NCBI GenBank assembly: GCA_963727625.1
Contig: CAVSHR010000005.1
Location: forward strand, 992,001 to 1,056,000
Direction: 5' to 3'
Length of the DNA: 64,000 nt
Origin: an uncultured delta proteobacterium
Lineage (GTDB): Bacteria; Desulfobacterota; Binatia; UBA9968
The number at the start of each line of letters is the position of its first letter. The first letter of the stretch is position 1. The notes under the pieces were generated by a model that was given only the letters and a program-made list of their open reading frames with translations, had not been told where the DNA came from and did not search any database. Below, one piece after another: positions 30,018 to 38,585 of this stretch. The translations under genes and the position numbers were made by a program.

Positions 30018-30455
30018 TATCCGCCCCTAAATAAATTTCATGGATAGCTTCTTGGTGTCGGTCCGATGGCAAAACTGATACATCCACAACGCAATTACTC
30101 TAAACGATTCCGGCGGATTTGTCACGACAGAATCAGTCTAGACCAGGCACACACGTGGGTAATTTTTTTAGCGTAATAAAGCGGCCGCCTCATCATGTTT
30201 TGCTTGACTGAGAACAAGCCTGCATATCGCGCATCCAATCGATTTCATTTGCACGCCGAGCGATGAGAGTCGAGCGCGGGAAAAAACAAAGAGAACGCGA
30301 ACCATTTTCTTGGCCCCTGGCGAAGGCTCAATGGAGATCGAGAATGCGCTGGGCTTGGGGTCTGCGCTTCGTCCACGTAGTAGATCCAAAAAAGTGGGTT
30401 GAACGAAAAAGGGTCGAGTCCTCTTTTGTACCGCCGAACCGAAGAGAGCAGTCAT

Positions 30456-30923
30456 TCAGGACGATGATTTCCAAAAATACGCGATGCCGTTGTTCCAGTT
30501 GATGGCGAACGCGAAATCCCAATCTGAATAGAACTCAAAACCTGAGGTCTTGAGCTGTTCTTCGCTGGAGTCGAGCGGAAGAGGACTCGCAAACGAAGGG
30601 TCACGATCGATTCGAATAGTCCAGCGAAAACCGGGTCGCACCCCTGACTCGATAGTAGAACGGTCGCTTGGATCGAAGCGGAAGCTGCCGAAGCACCGGT
30701 TGGTATCAAGGTCGTGCCACTCATGAATCAACGTCGCTGAACGCGGCAGCACAGAGGGCAGCCAGCCGTGGTCGTGTGACCCCCGAGCCTCGCTATACGC
30801 TCGGTAACGGTTCTCCTGAATCTCGCCCTCAGACAGCCAAAAGTAGAACGCTAGCAACGCAGCGCAGGACCCGAGCAACGCCACGCCCAGTACTACACCG
30901 ATCTTTGCCACGCCTAATTTCAC
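30456..30923 (-). CDS. Hypothetical membrane-anchored protein
   Basis: N-terminal TM; GWLP..LP.SA..I.E.HDLDTN motif. Confidence 0.55.
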   Translation of the reverse strand: MKLGVAKIGVVLGVALLGSCAALLAFYFWLSEGEIQENRYRAYSEARGSHDHGWLPSVLPRSATLIHEWHDLDTNRCFGSFRFDPSDRSTIESGVRPGFRWTIRIDRDPSFASPLPLDSSEEQLKTSGFEFYSDWDFAFAINWNNGIAYFWKSSS

Positions 30924-30958
30924 AAATGCTCATGGGGGAAATAGGTGACCCCAATTTC

Positions 30959-31219
30959 TTACGTCTTATTTCTCTGCTTGATCCGCTGATTTAGCGACTC
31001 CAAGACGCCCGCATCGACGGCGGCGATCACGTCAATCGCCGCGTCCAGTTCTTCTTCCGTCAATCCCGCTTTCCTTGCGTCCGCAAGGCGGCGTTCCACT
31101 CACGGATCGCAGAGCCGCATCATCGCGACGGCGAGGCCCATCAGCATCTTTTCGCGGTCGGTGAGGCATTCGACGGCATGGGCGTCTCGATAGAAAGTTC
31201 GAAAATCCGCTTTTTTCAT
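30959..31219 (-). CDS. AhpD/carboxymuconolactone decarboxylase-like candidate selenoprotein (C-D-P-U), 86 aa
   Basis: Manual translation MKKADFRTFYRDAHAVECLTDREKMLMGLAVAMMRLCDP-TGA(31100-31102)-VERRLADARKAGLTEEELDAAIDV...; AAGGAG/GGAG RBS; SECIS-like hairpin 11 nt after the TGA. Confidence 0.8.
31065..31091 (-). promoter_or_regulatory. Putative bacterial SECIS element
   Basis: mRNA UGA-GUGGAACG-CCGC-CUUGC-GGAC-GCAAG-GAAA-GCGG; the G-initiated apical loop starts 18 nt after the UGA. Confidence 0.7.
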
Positions 31220-31240
31220 TCTCCCTGCTCCTTAAACAAC

Positions 31241-31262
31241 GGGGTACGGCATGCCGTACCCC
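31241..31262. repeat. REP-like perfect palindrome
   Basis: ggggtacggca|tgccgtacccc. Confidence 0.65.
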
Positions 31263-31311
31263 TTTCTAGCCCGAAACCTCAGCCCTCAGCACTCATAACT
31301 CAGCACTGACT

Positions 31312-32289
31312 TCACGCCGGTTTCACCCCTGTGATCAGCGCGTAGGAAAAACTTCCCTTGATGTGCGTGTGATCGCCGTGGGAGTGCCAGGTGAAATAGT
31401 TTTTCTTCATCCGTTCCGCGAGCTCGGGCGATTCCTTTTCCAGCTCCAGCGCGGCTTCGAGCCAGTGGCGGCCGGTGGGGATGCCGTCCATCCCCTCCTG
31501 ATTGAACGAGAAGGACAAAACATTGCAGCGCGGCACCCGGTAGCCGGCTTTGGTCAGCAGGCGCTGGATGCTGCTCGCGGTGTGGTAGCGGAAATCGCCG
31601 CCGTGGGTGCGGCGGAAAACTTGATTGATTTTCGTTTCCAGGGCGATGTCGACGGAGTCCTTCGCCTCTTCGATAATCGGATCGACGACCACGAAGCGCC
31701 CGCCGTTCTTGAGCACGCGCAGCACTTCGCCGACCACCCCCGAAGGATTGCCGAAGTGATGCAGGCTAAACGACACAAAGGCGCGGTCGAACGTGTTGGT
31801 CTTGAACGGCAGCTTGTCGGCTTCGCCGGCGCTCTGCTCATAATGCGGTATGGGATCTTTGTGCTGATGGCCGACGTCGAGCATCGCCAGCGCCTGATCG
31901 ACGCCGACGATTTTTCCGTCTTGGAGATGTTTGGACAGCGGCCGAGCGATGCGCCCCGTACCGGTGGCCACGTCGAGCACCAGCTCGCCGCCTTTGAGCG
32001 CGAGCATCTCGATCAACTTGTCCGTCAGCGAAGCGCGAATGCCGGACAGCCCGCGCTGGTCGAACTCGGCGGCATGAGCGGGATCGTGAAAGCGCGTCTT
32101 GTGCTCGTGGCCCTTACCGTGATCGTGCTGATGGCCGTGCTCGTGATCCGAATCGCCGTGAGCGTGACCGTGGTCCGCGGCGTGGCTGTGCGCGTGGTCT
32201 TCGTGCCCATGGCCGTGTGAATGACCATGCTCATGATCGTGGCCATGTTCGTGATCGTGCTTCTGTCCGTGTCCGTGTTCGTCCGCCAT
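31312..32289 (-). CDS. Class I SAM-dependent methyltransferase (UbiE-like) with a His-rich N-terminal tail
   Basis: VLDVATGTG, GVD, LPFK.NTFD, EVLRVLKNGG; 25 His in the first 63 aa. Confidence 0.88.
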   Translation of the reverse strand: MADEHGHGQKHDHEHGHDHEHGHSHGHGHEDHAHSHAADHGHAHGDSDHEHGHQHDHGKGHEHKTRFHDPAHAAEFDQRGLSGIRASLTDKLIEMLALKGGELVLDVATGTGRIARPLSKHLQDGKIVGVDQALAMLDVGHQHKDPIPHYEQSAGEADKLPFKTNTFDRAFVSFSLHHFGNPSGVVGEVLRVLKNGGRFVVVDPIIEEAKDSVDIALETKINQVFRRTHGGDFRYHTASSIQRLLTKAGYRVPRCNVLSFSFNQEGMDGIPTGRHWLEAALELEKESPELAERMKKNYFTWHSHGDHTHIKGSFSYALITGVKPA

Positions 32290-32320
32290 TGCCTTATCCC
32301 TTCTTTACTCTTGCCCTAAT

Positions 32321-32389
32321 CTCCGCGCCCTCAGCGCCTCCGCGGTGAAGGATCCGATCATGCACCACAGAGACGCAGAGTTCGCAGAG
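32321..32389. repeat. CTCTGCG-type inverted-repeat element
   Basis: ctccgcgccctcagcgcctccgcggtga / caccacagagacgcagagttcgcagag; related to 50094-50178. Confidence 0.7.
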
Positions 32390-32433
32390 TCGGATTCTTT
32401 TATGCCTTCTTACTGTTGCCTATTGCCTTCTTG

Positions 32434-32847
32434 TTACTGTCCCTTCGCCATCCCTTCCATGATCTCCCACTGCTCGTCGGTGACTTTCATGATCGACAGC
32501 CGCGAATTGCGCACCAGGTCGAAGTTTTTGAGCTTCGCATGCGCCTTCACTTCGGCCAGCGTCACCGGGCGGCGCAGCGCCCGCACCGGCTCGATGTTGA
32601 CGACCAGGAGATTGGGCTTGTCCTTTTCCGGGTCCGGATAGGCGCTACCCAGCGCCTTGGCCACGCCGACGGCCGCCTTCTCGTCGCCGGTATGGTAGAT
32701 AAAAATCTGCTCGCCTTTTTTGATGTCCTTCAAGTTTTTCAGCGCGAGATTGTTCGCCACCCCGTCCCAAACGGTTTTTTTGTCCTTCACCAGTTGCTGA
32801 TAGGAATAAACACTCGGTTCGGTCTTGAATAGCCAACGCGTCGCCAT
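32434..32847 (-). CDS. EVE domain protein
   Basis: WLFKTEP, WDGVANNLA, FIYHTG, RLSI motifs. Confidence 0.9.
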   Translation of the reverse strand: MATRWLFKTEPSVYSYQQLVKDKKTVWDGVANNLALKNLKDIKKGEQIFIYHTGDEKAAVGVAKALGSAYPDPEKDKPNLLVVNIEPVRALRRPVTLAEVKAHAKLKNFDLVRNSRLSIMKVTDEQWEIMEGMAKGQ

Positions 32848-32945
32848 TGCCTGCCTCCTCTTCAACTTCTTACTTATAAAATAGCACGGAACCGGTTTAC
32901 AAACCCTTGACGAAATTAGCCGTTAAAGGTATCCAAGCGGTCACT

Positions 32946-33508
32946 ATGAAAAAGCCCTGTCATTTTCTGGCTGTTCTTTTTGCCGTCTTCGTTCTCCTTG
33001 GCGGCGAACCCCAGCGTCTCGCCGCGGTGCAGAACGGTGGTGTCGCGGGGGCGTTAATCAACCAACCCTCGGATTTCATCGCGCTTGCGTCCGGATTCGG
33101 CTCTTTGGGACCCTCAACCGACTACGTCAACAACTTCCACCGGCGCGCGGCGCGACTGGGTGCAAAAGAACCGCCCTCTCGTAGTGCGCTTCCTGCGCGC
33201 CTATGTGAAAACCTGCGAGTTTTTCTACGAACCAAAAACCGGTCAGCCGCCGTGCGGGCGCTTGCCGAACGCACCAAGTCGAACAAAGAGGATGCGGAAA
33301 AAACCGAGCGCTCTATATGAAAACCAAGAAGACCATCCCGCGGGACGGCGGCGTCGACCTGCACGGCGCACGCCAGGTCGCCGAGATTTGGAAAGACTTC
33401 GGCATGCAAAAGATGCCCCCGCCGGTCGATGGCATCATCGATCTGGGCTACCTGGCGGAAGCAAGAAAGCAAATTAAAAAACCGGCGGATCACAAAAATG
33501 GCTGCTAA
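32946..33508 (+). pseudogene. Decayed ABC substrate-binding protein
   Basis: Signal peptide joined directly to GGEPQRLAAVQNGGVAGALINQP; later segments (VVRFLRAYVK; IIDLGYLAEA) lie in shifted frames. Confidence 0.7.
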
Positions 33509-34934
33509 AGCTGCCGATATAGTTTTCAAAAACGGCTGGGTGGTAACGCCCGGAGGGACAATCGAAGGCGGAGCCGCGGTCGTCAATGGCAAAATCGCCG
33601 CCGTTGGGAGGGACGCGTTTCTGCCCGCCGCCGACCGCGAGATTGATCTCTCCGGGAAATATCTGCTTCCCGGCGCCATCGACCCGGAATGTCATTTAGG
33701 CAGCCATCGCCCGCTCGCCGATGATTTCCAGTCCGAAACGAGAGCGGCCGCAGCGGCTGGGGTGACGACCTGGGGAATGCAGCTGGTGAGCCTGGCCATT
33801 ACCGGCGGAGCGGATAAGGTCAAAGGTCCGTCGGAGATTCCATCGTTTACTCGGGCAATGCCGTTTTACTATGAGGCGTCGCGCGCCGCGGCCATCGATT
33901 TTTTTCTGACGCCGATTCTCGGCACCGACGAGCATGTCGCCGAGATCCCCTACCTCGCCACAGAACACGGAATCAGTTCGTTTAAATTACACTTACAGAT
34001 GCAAGGACCGTGGAAAGCTTCCTGGCCGGCGTACTCGTTTGACGACGGCAGCATCTACGCCGCCTTCGATGCCGTCGCCAAGCTCGGCGCGCCGGCGATC
34101 GCGCTTTTGCATTGTGAAAATTGGGAAATCGCCCGCGTCCTGCAAGGACGTCTGATGGCGGCGGGCCGTACGGACATGGGTGCTTGGGACGATCGCTCAC
34201 CGGCATTCACCGAAGCGGGGCACGCCAGAACCTATCTTTACTACGCCCGCATCGCGGGCTGTCCGATATACATCGTTCATGCGACCACAAAGGAAACGCT
34301 CGCGGAGATTGAAAAAGCGAAGGCCGAGGGCCTGACCGTCTACAGCGAAATCGGCACGCACTATCTCGTGCTGCACAAGGACGCGTGGAAGATTAACGTG
34401 CCGCTGCGTGATCGCTCTACGCATGAGACGCTTTGGCGCGCCCTCGCCTCAGGCACTATCGATTGTATCGGCAGCGACCACGTCGCCCACACCCGAACCC
34501 GCGAATCGATGGAAACCGGCAATGTCTGGACAACGATCAGCGGTTTTCCTTCGCGGGTCGAGGGGATGTTGCCGATGATGCTGAGCGAAGGAGTGAACAA
34601 AGGCCGCATCACGATCGAAAAGTTGGTTCAGATAGCCAGCGAAAATCCCGCCCGGATATTCGGACTCTACCCGAACAAAGGGGCGATTCTCCCCGGCGCC
34701 GATGCCGATTTGATCGTCGTCGACTTGAAACGGCGCGCGAAAATCACCAAGGATCTGATCCACACGATAACGCCATGGTCGCTCTACGAAGGCTGGGAGA
34801 TCACCGGCTGGCCGGTCATGACGCTGGTTCGCGGCAACGTCGTCATGGAGTGGCCCGAGAACGAACCCCGTGCGAGGGTTACCGACAAATCCGTCGGACA
34901 ATATTTGCGACGCCGCGTCGCGGTTTGCTCTTGA
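33498..34934 (+). CDS. Cyclic amidohydrolase (dihydroorotase/allantoinase/hydantoinase family)
   Basis: LLPGAIDPECH, SFKLH, HCEN, GSDH, NPARIFGLYPNKG...GADAD. Confidence 0.88.
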   Translation: MAAKAADIVFKNGWVVTPGGTIEGGAAVVNGKIAAVGRDAFLPAADREIDLSGKYLLPGAIDPECHLGSHRPLADDFQSETRAAAAAGVTTWGMQLVSLAITGGADKVKGPSEIPSFTRAMPFYYEASRAAAIDFFLTPILGTDEHVAEIPYLATEHGISSFKLHLQMQGPWKASWPAYSFDDGSIYAAFDAVAKLGAPAIALLHCENWEIARVLQGRLMAAGRTDMGAWDDRSPAFTEAGHARTYLYYARIAGCPIYIVHATTKETLAEIEKAKAEGLTVYSEIGTHYLVLHKDAWKINVPLRDRSTHETLWRALASGTIDCIGSDHVAHTRTRESMETGNVWTTISGFPSRVEGMLPMMLSEGVNKGRITIEKLVQIASENPARIFGLYPNKGAILPGADADLIVVDLKRRAKITKDLIHTITPWSLYEGWEITGWPVMTLVRGNVVMEWPENEPRARVTDKSVGQYLRRRVAVCS

Positions 34935-34990
34935 TAGATTCGCTCACGACTGAGAGATCGGCGACCCAATCTGTCTAAAACGCCCCGCGC

Positions 34991-35071
34991 CGCGACCCGA
35001 AGGACTTCGTCGATGGCTCGATAATGGACCGGCTGAAGCAGGAGAGGTTTGCCGAGGGTCTCAAATTCTAG
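34991..35071 (+). pseudogene. C-terminal remnant of an ABC substrate-binding protein
   Basis: RDPKDFVDGSIMDRLKQERFAE* resembles the C-terminus of 8917-9921 (RPQDFVDARFIKELDDSGYID). Confidence 0.55.
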
Positions 35072-35113
35072 GACATGTATCGCCGTCGCGATCGTGTTAT
35101 TCGGATTTTATCG

Positions 35114-35203
35114 GTCATCCTGAGCCAAGGGCGAAGGATTTGCTTTTCCTCTGTGCTTGATTCCGCAAAGCAGATTCCTCGTCGCCTGGCTCTTCGGCAT
35201 GAC
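35114..35203. repeat. REP/MITE-like element with GTCAT...ATGAC termini
   Basis: gtcatcctgagccaagggcgaaggatttgc ... gcagattcctcgtcgcctggctcttcggcatgac. Confidence 0.6.
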
Positions 35204-35242
35204 ACGCAATGGCCTATCACCTCAGCCCGAAAGGACGCACCC

Positions 35243-35785
35243 ATGCCCCGCTTGCCAGAGATCGAAGAAGCCAAACTCACACCTGAGCAGAAACGCCTCT
35301 ATGACGAGATCAAGCGCGTCCGCGGCCAGGTCCGCGGCCCGTTCGCCGTCTGGCTGGGCAATCCCGAGCCGGCCGAATATACGCTCAAGCTCCAGGGCCT
35401 GTTCGCTTCGCGCGTCGCGCTCGACCGGCGCCTGGTGTAGTTGATGACCCTTGTTTCCGCCCGATTCGCCGACGCGCAGTTCGCCTGGTGCGTCCACCTG
35501 CCCCACGCGCTCAAGCTGGTTATTTCGCCGGACATCGTCGAAGCCATTCGCCAACGCCGCACGCCCACCTTCACCCGCGACGACGAACGGCTGGCCTGCG
35601 ACATTACCATGGAACCCAACACCACCCACTCGCTGGCCGAAAGAAACTTCAAACGAGGCATGGCGATGTTCGGCGAACAAATGTTAGTTGAACTCGTCAG
35701 CGCCATCGGCTTCTACTCGATGGTCGCCATGACGCTCAACGCCTTCGACGTGGCGGTTCCCGGAGATGAGAAGCCGTTGGATTGA
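35243..35785 (+). pseudogene. Carboxymuconolactone decarboxylase family gene with a nonsense codon
   Basis: MPRLPE...RGPFAVWL...LDRRLV*LMTLV...ELVSAIGFYSMVAMTLNAF; TAG at 35438-35440 where Glu is expected. Confidence 0.8.
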
Positions 35786-35791
35786 CAAGGC

Positions 35792-36394
35792 TCAAGCGGG
35801 CTCTTCGGCAGTGGCGCTTCGATCGAGCGGCCGGCGGTCGCGCTCGAGCCGATCCATCAACCATGAAAGCAAGAGTTGGAGGTAGCCGGGTTTGTCCGAC
35901 CTCGGTTCAGTCATACCGGCAACGCAACGCGCGATATGTTCCTCGGCGAAGCGCTCACGCGCGCTCTTGGTGAGATTGGCGGCCTCGGGATTTCCATCCA
36001 TTCGAGCATAGGCCTCTTTCAAGAACAGATATCCGACGAAACCCGCTTCGACCGAAAGGTGGTCGATCGACTCTTCCCGTTGGGGATTAAACGAAAACGC
36101 CTGATAGAAAGCCTGGAGCTCCGCCATCAGGCGGCCCGGATCTTCAAAGCCGCAGTAACTCACTTCGCGCGGCGATAGAGTCCCGCCGGGACCGAAGAGC
36201 CGGTGATAAATTTCTTCACCGACCGGACCGGCTTGCGCCGCACAGGCTAAAAGTTTCTCATCGGTGATTTCACAGCAAAGCGCCGCAATCTTGTCTTTCC
36301 ACTCCGGCGTCGGCCGTTCCAGAAGCAGCGACGCCAACCGCCACGCCGCGGCGCTTGCCAGCTCCTCCGTTTTGATTGCGTAGGGGATGGTCAT
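35792..36394 (-). CDS. TorD/NarJ-family molybdoenzyme chaperone
   Basis: E.SIDHLSVEAGF motif; last gene of the Mo-enzyme operon. Confidence 0.8.
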   Translation of the reverse strand: MTIPYAIKTEELASAAAWRLASLLLERPTPEWKDKIAALCCEITDEKLLACAAQAGPVGEEIYHRLFGPGGTLSPREVSYCGFEDPGRLMAELQAFYQAFSFNPQREESIDHLSVEAGFVGYLFLKEAYARMDGNPEAANLTKSARERFAEEHIARCVAGMTEPRSDKPGYLQLLLSWLMDRLERDRRPLDRSATAEEPA

Positions 36395-37338
36395 TTTGAG
36401 CTCTCCAGCGCCAGCGGAATCCAGGCGGTGCGCATTTTCTTCGATCCCACCTCTTGGTGCGACCCTTCCCAGACCGCGAACGCGACTTGCGTTCGTCCTC
36501 CCGGCCGAGCCCCGTTCGGCAGCGGCCGAATGAGCACGACGTTCCAGCCCTCTTGTCCGTGTTTTCCATTGCCGGCTGAGATGCTCTTATCGGCGGGACG
36601 GAGGGTGCCCGGACCTTCCGCCACGAGGTCTTGAACCGGAACCGTGCGCGGTCCCGCCATCGGGTTCCCCAAAGCGCGGGCCGGCGCATAGCGCCTTGCC
36701 ATTTCTTGCTGTACGGCGGATCCAAGCTTGAGCGGTGCGGCCTCGAACGGGTAATGGTCGACCTTGGCCCGTGGATAGATTGCGTGGATGTCGTCTTGAC
36801 GACCGTCGGCGACGGCCTGAAACATCGCTGACCAGTAGGTGATCTCGACCGGCTTGCCGTTCTCGCCCATTTGCGGGGCGGGGACATCCGGGGTGGTCAG
36901 GGCGGGCAGCTGAACCGCAACGGCATCCCCGAACCGCCCCGGTCCCGGCATGTCGTCCAGCGTTGCATCGTTCCAACTCAGACGAAAGACGATTTGTTTT
37001 CCGTCGCTGGCCGATTGAACCTTGACGAAGGCGGTCGACGCCTGCATCTCTCTGGGCTCGACCATGTCTTGCAGCAGCAGCTTGGCGTGATGCACGGGGA
37101 TCCGCTCCCAAGCGGCGTCGTCCACCGTGGACGGCAGCTTGGTTGCGAATACCGCCTTGACCTCGGACTCGGAAATCGGCGGTCCTTTTTTCCCGCAGCC
37201 GGAAATAACCGCAGAGATCAGCACAAATACAAAAAGAACCAATTTTAGGCCACAGGGAACCCTCAGCTTACGAAAACAATTTTCCTCGCCCGCCGGCGCC
37301 AAAGGGCCGGCGTGAGGGTCATATCGGCGGTGATCCAC
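36391..37338 (-). CDS. EbdC/NxrC-like heme-b gamma subunit, lipoprotein (start uncertain)
   Basis: Lipobox ISGC; FRLSW.D, DAVAVQLP, QMG and VAFAVWEG...K motifs of DMSOR type II gamma subunits. Confidence 0.75.
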   Translation of the reverse strand: MDHRRYDPHAGPLAPAGEENCFRKLRVPCGLKLVLFVFVLISAVISGCGKKGPPISESEVKAVFATKLPSTVDDAAWERIPVHHAKLLLQDMVEPREMQASTAFVKVQSASDGKQIVFRLSWNDATLDDMPGPGRFGDAVAVQLPALTTPDVPAPQMGENGKPVEITYWSAMFQAVADGRQDDIHAIYPRAKVDHYPFEAAPLKLGSAVQQEMARRYAPARALGNPMAGPRTVPVQDLVAEGPGTLRPADKSISAGNGKHGQEGWNVVLIRPLPNGARPGGRTQVAFAVWEGSHQEVGSKKMRTAWIPLALESSK

Positions 37339-37457
37339 GCTCAGCTCTGATTCTCGCCTGCGAAAGGAGCGGGAGGCAGCTAGTGAAGACCCTCGGGATG
37401 AGAGCAAGGATAATGTTCGGATTGCGTCTATCTTTTGCGCGATCACAGGGATTCTCC

Positions 37458-38585
37458 TCAAGAAACATTGGTGCACGCCACGCCGCGCGCGGCGTCAAAC
37501 GCCGGGCGAATTGTCGTGGGTTCCCGCAGCGGCACGCGCACGATCTCCTTGCCGTTTTCGTCAAAACCGATCACCTCCTCGTCGATCCGCTTCCACTTGG
37601 GGACGATTTTCTCCGTCGACCCGAAAAGCGTGAGAAGACCCGCAAGATCTTTGTCGCGGTGCGCGTTACGGTAGGTTTCCAGCGCCCCGTCAACGTTCGG
37701 CCCGAACATTTGCACGAGAAAATCCCGCGGCACGTTCAGCGGCGGGATGTAATAGACGTTGGGTTCGAGGCCGAACTGCGGGAAGAGCGGCAGCGCGACC
37801 TTTTTCACGTGCACCAGAAAATCGATCGGATTGTCCGGCCGCGCCTGCTCAGGCTTGGAGACCCAGCCGGCGAAGCGGATTTTGCCGATGCAGTTGGCGA
37901 AGCATTGCGGCTGGAGGCCCAGTTCGATCTTGGGAAAACAGCCGATGCACTTCTCCGATGTTCCCGTCATCGTGTTGTAAAAAGTTTTTTTGTACGGGCA
38001 GGCTTTGACGCATTCCTGATAACCGCGGCAGCGTCCCTGATCGATCAGCACGATGCCGTCCTCCTGGCGCTTATAGATCGAGCCGCGCGGGCAGGACGCC
38101 AGGCAAGCGGGATAGGTACAATGGTTGCAGATGCGCGCGAGATAAAAAAACCAGGCGTTGTGCACGCCGGTAAAGTACGCGCCTTTCTCCACGCCGTTGG
38201 CGCAATCGTCTTCCCCGACGTTCGGGTTGGCATAGTCCATCTCCTCGGGCCGCCAGCCAAAAACCCGCTCGCCGGCTTGCGCCGCTTCGAAAATCGTACG
38301 TCCCGCGTAGCGCTCGCCTTCCCAATTCTGCCCGCCGAGTTTTTCCAGGAGATTCACGTCCCAGGCGAGCGGATAGAATCCGTAAGGTTTGGTCTCGACG
38401 TTGTTCCACAGCATGTACTCCTGCCCTTTGCCGCTTGTCCACGTAGTTTTGCACGCGAGCGTACAAGTCTGACAAGCGATGCACTTGTTGGTGTCAAAGA
38501 CCGCGGCGAACTGTCGTTTGGGCCGGCTCTCAGGATACCAGTAGGACATCTCACGGCCGAGCTGCCAGTTGTATACGCGTGCCAT
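37458..38585 (-). CDS. nxrB: NXR/NAR-like beta (Fe-S) subunit, periplasmic Nitrospira/anammox type
   Basis: [57 protein letters not shown]. Confidence 0.85.
   Translation of the reverse strand: MARVYNWQLGREMSYWYPESRPKRQFAAVFDTNKCIACQTCTLACKTTWTSGKGQEYMLWNNVETKPYGFYPLAWDVNLLEKLGGQNWEGERYAGRTIFEAAQAGERVFGWRPEEMDYANPNVGEDDCANGVEKGAYFTGVHNAWFFYLARICNHCTYPACLASCPRGSIYKRQEDGIVLIDQGRCRGYQECVKACPYKKTFYNTMTGTSEKCIGCFPKIELGLQPQCFANCIGKIRFAGWVSKPEQARPDNPIDFLVHVKKVALPLFPQFGLEPNVYYIPPLNVPRDFLVQMFGPNVDGALETYRNAHRDKDLAGLLTLFGSTEKIVPKWKRIDEEVIGFDENGKEIVRVPLREPTTIRPAFDAARGVACTNVS

Noticed and set aside
31312-32289. Arsenite methyltransferase ArsM
   Set aside because: Lacks the conserved catalytic cysteines (only one Cys in the protein)
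35438-35440. In-frame TAG as possible pyrrolysine or readthrough
   Set aside because: The position corresponds to an expected Glu (GAG to TAG), the neighbours are decayed, and no pyl genes are visible; a nonsense mutation is simpler
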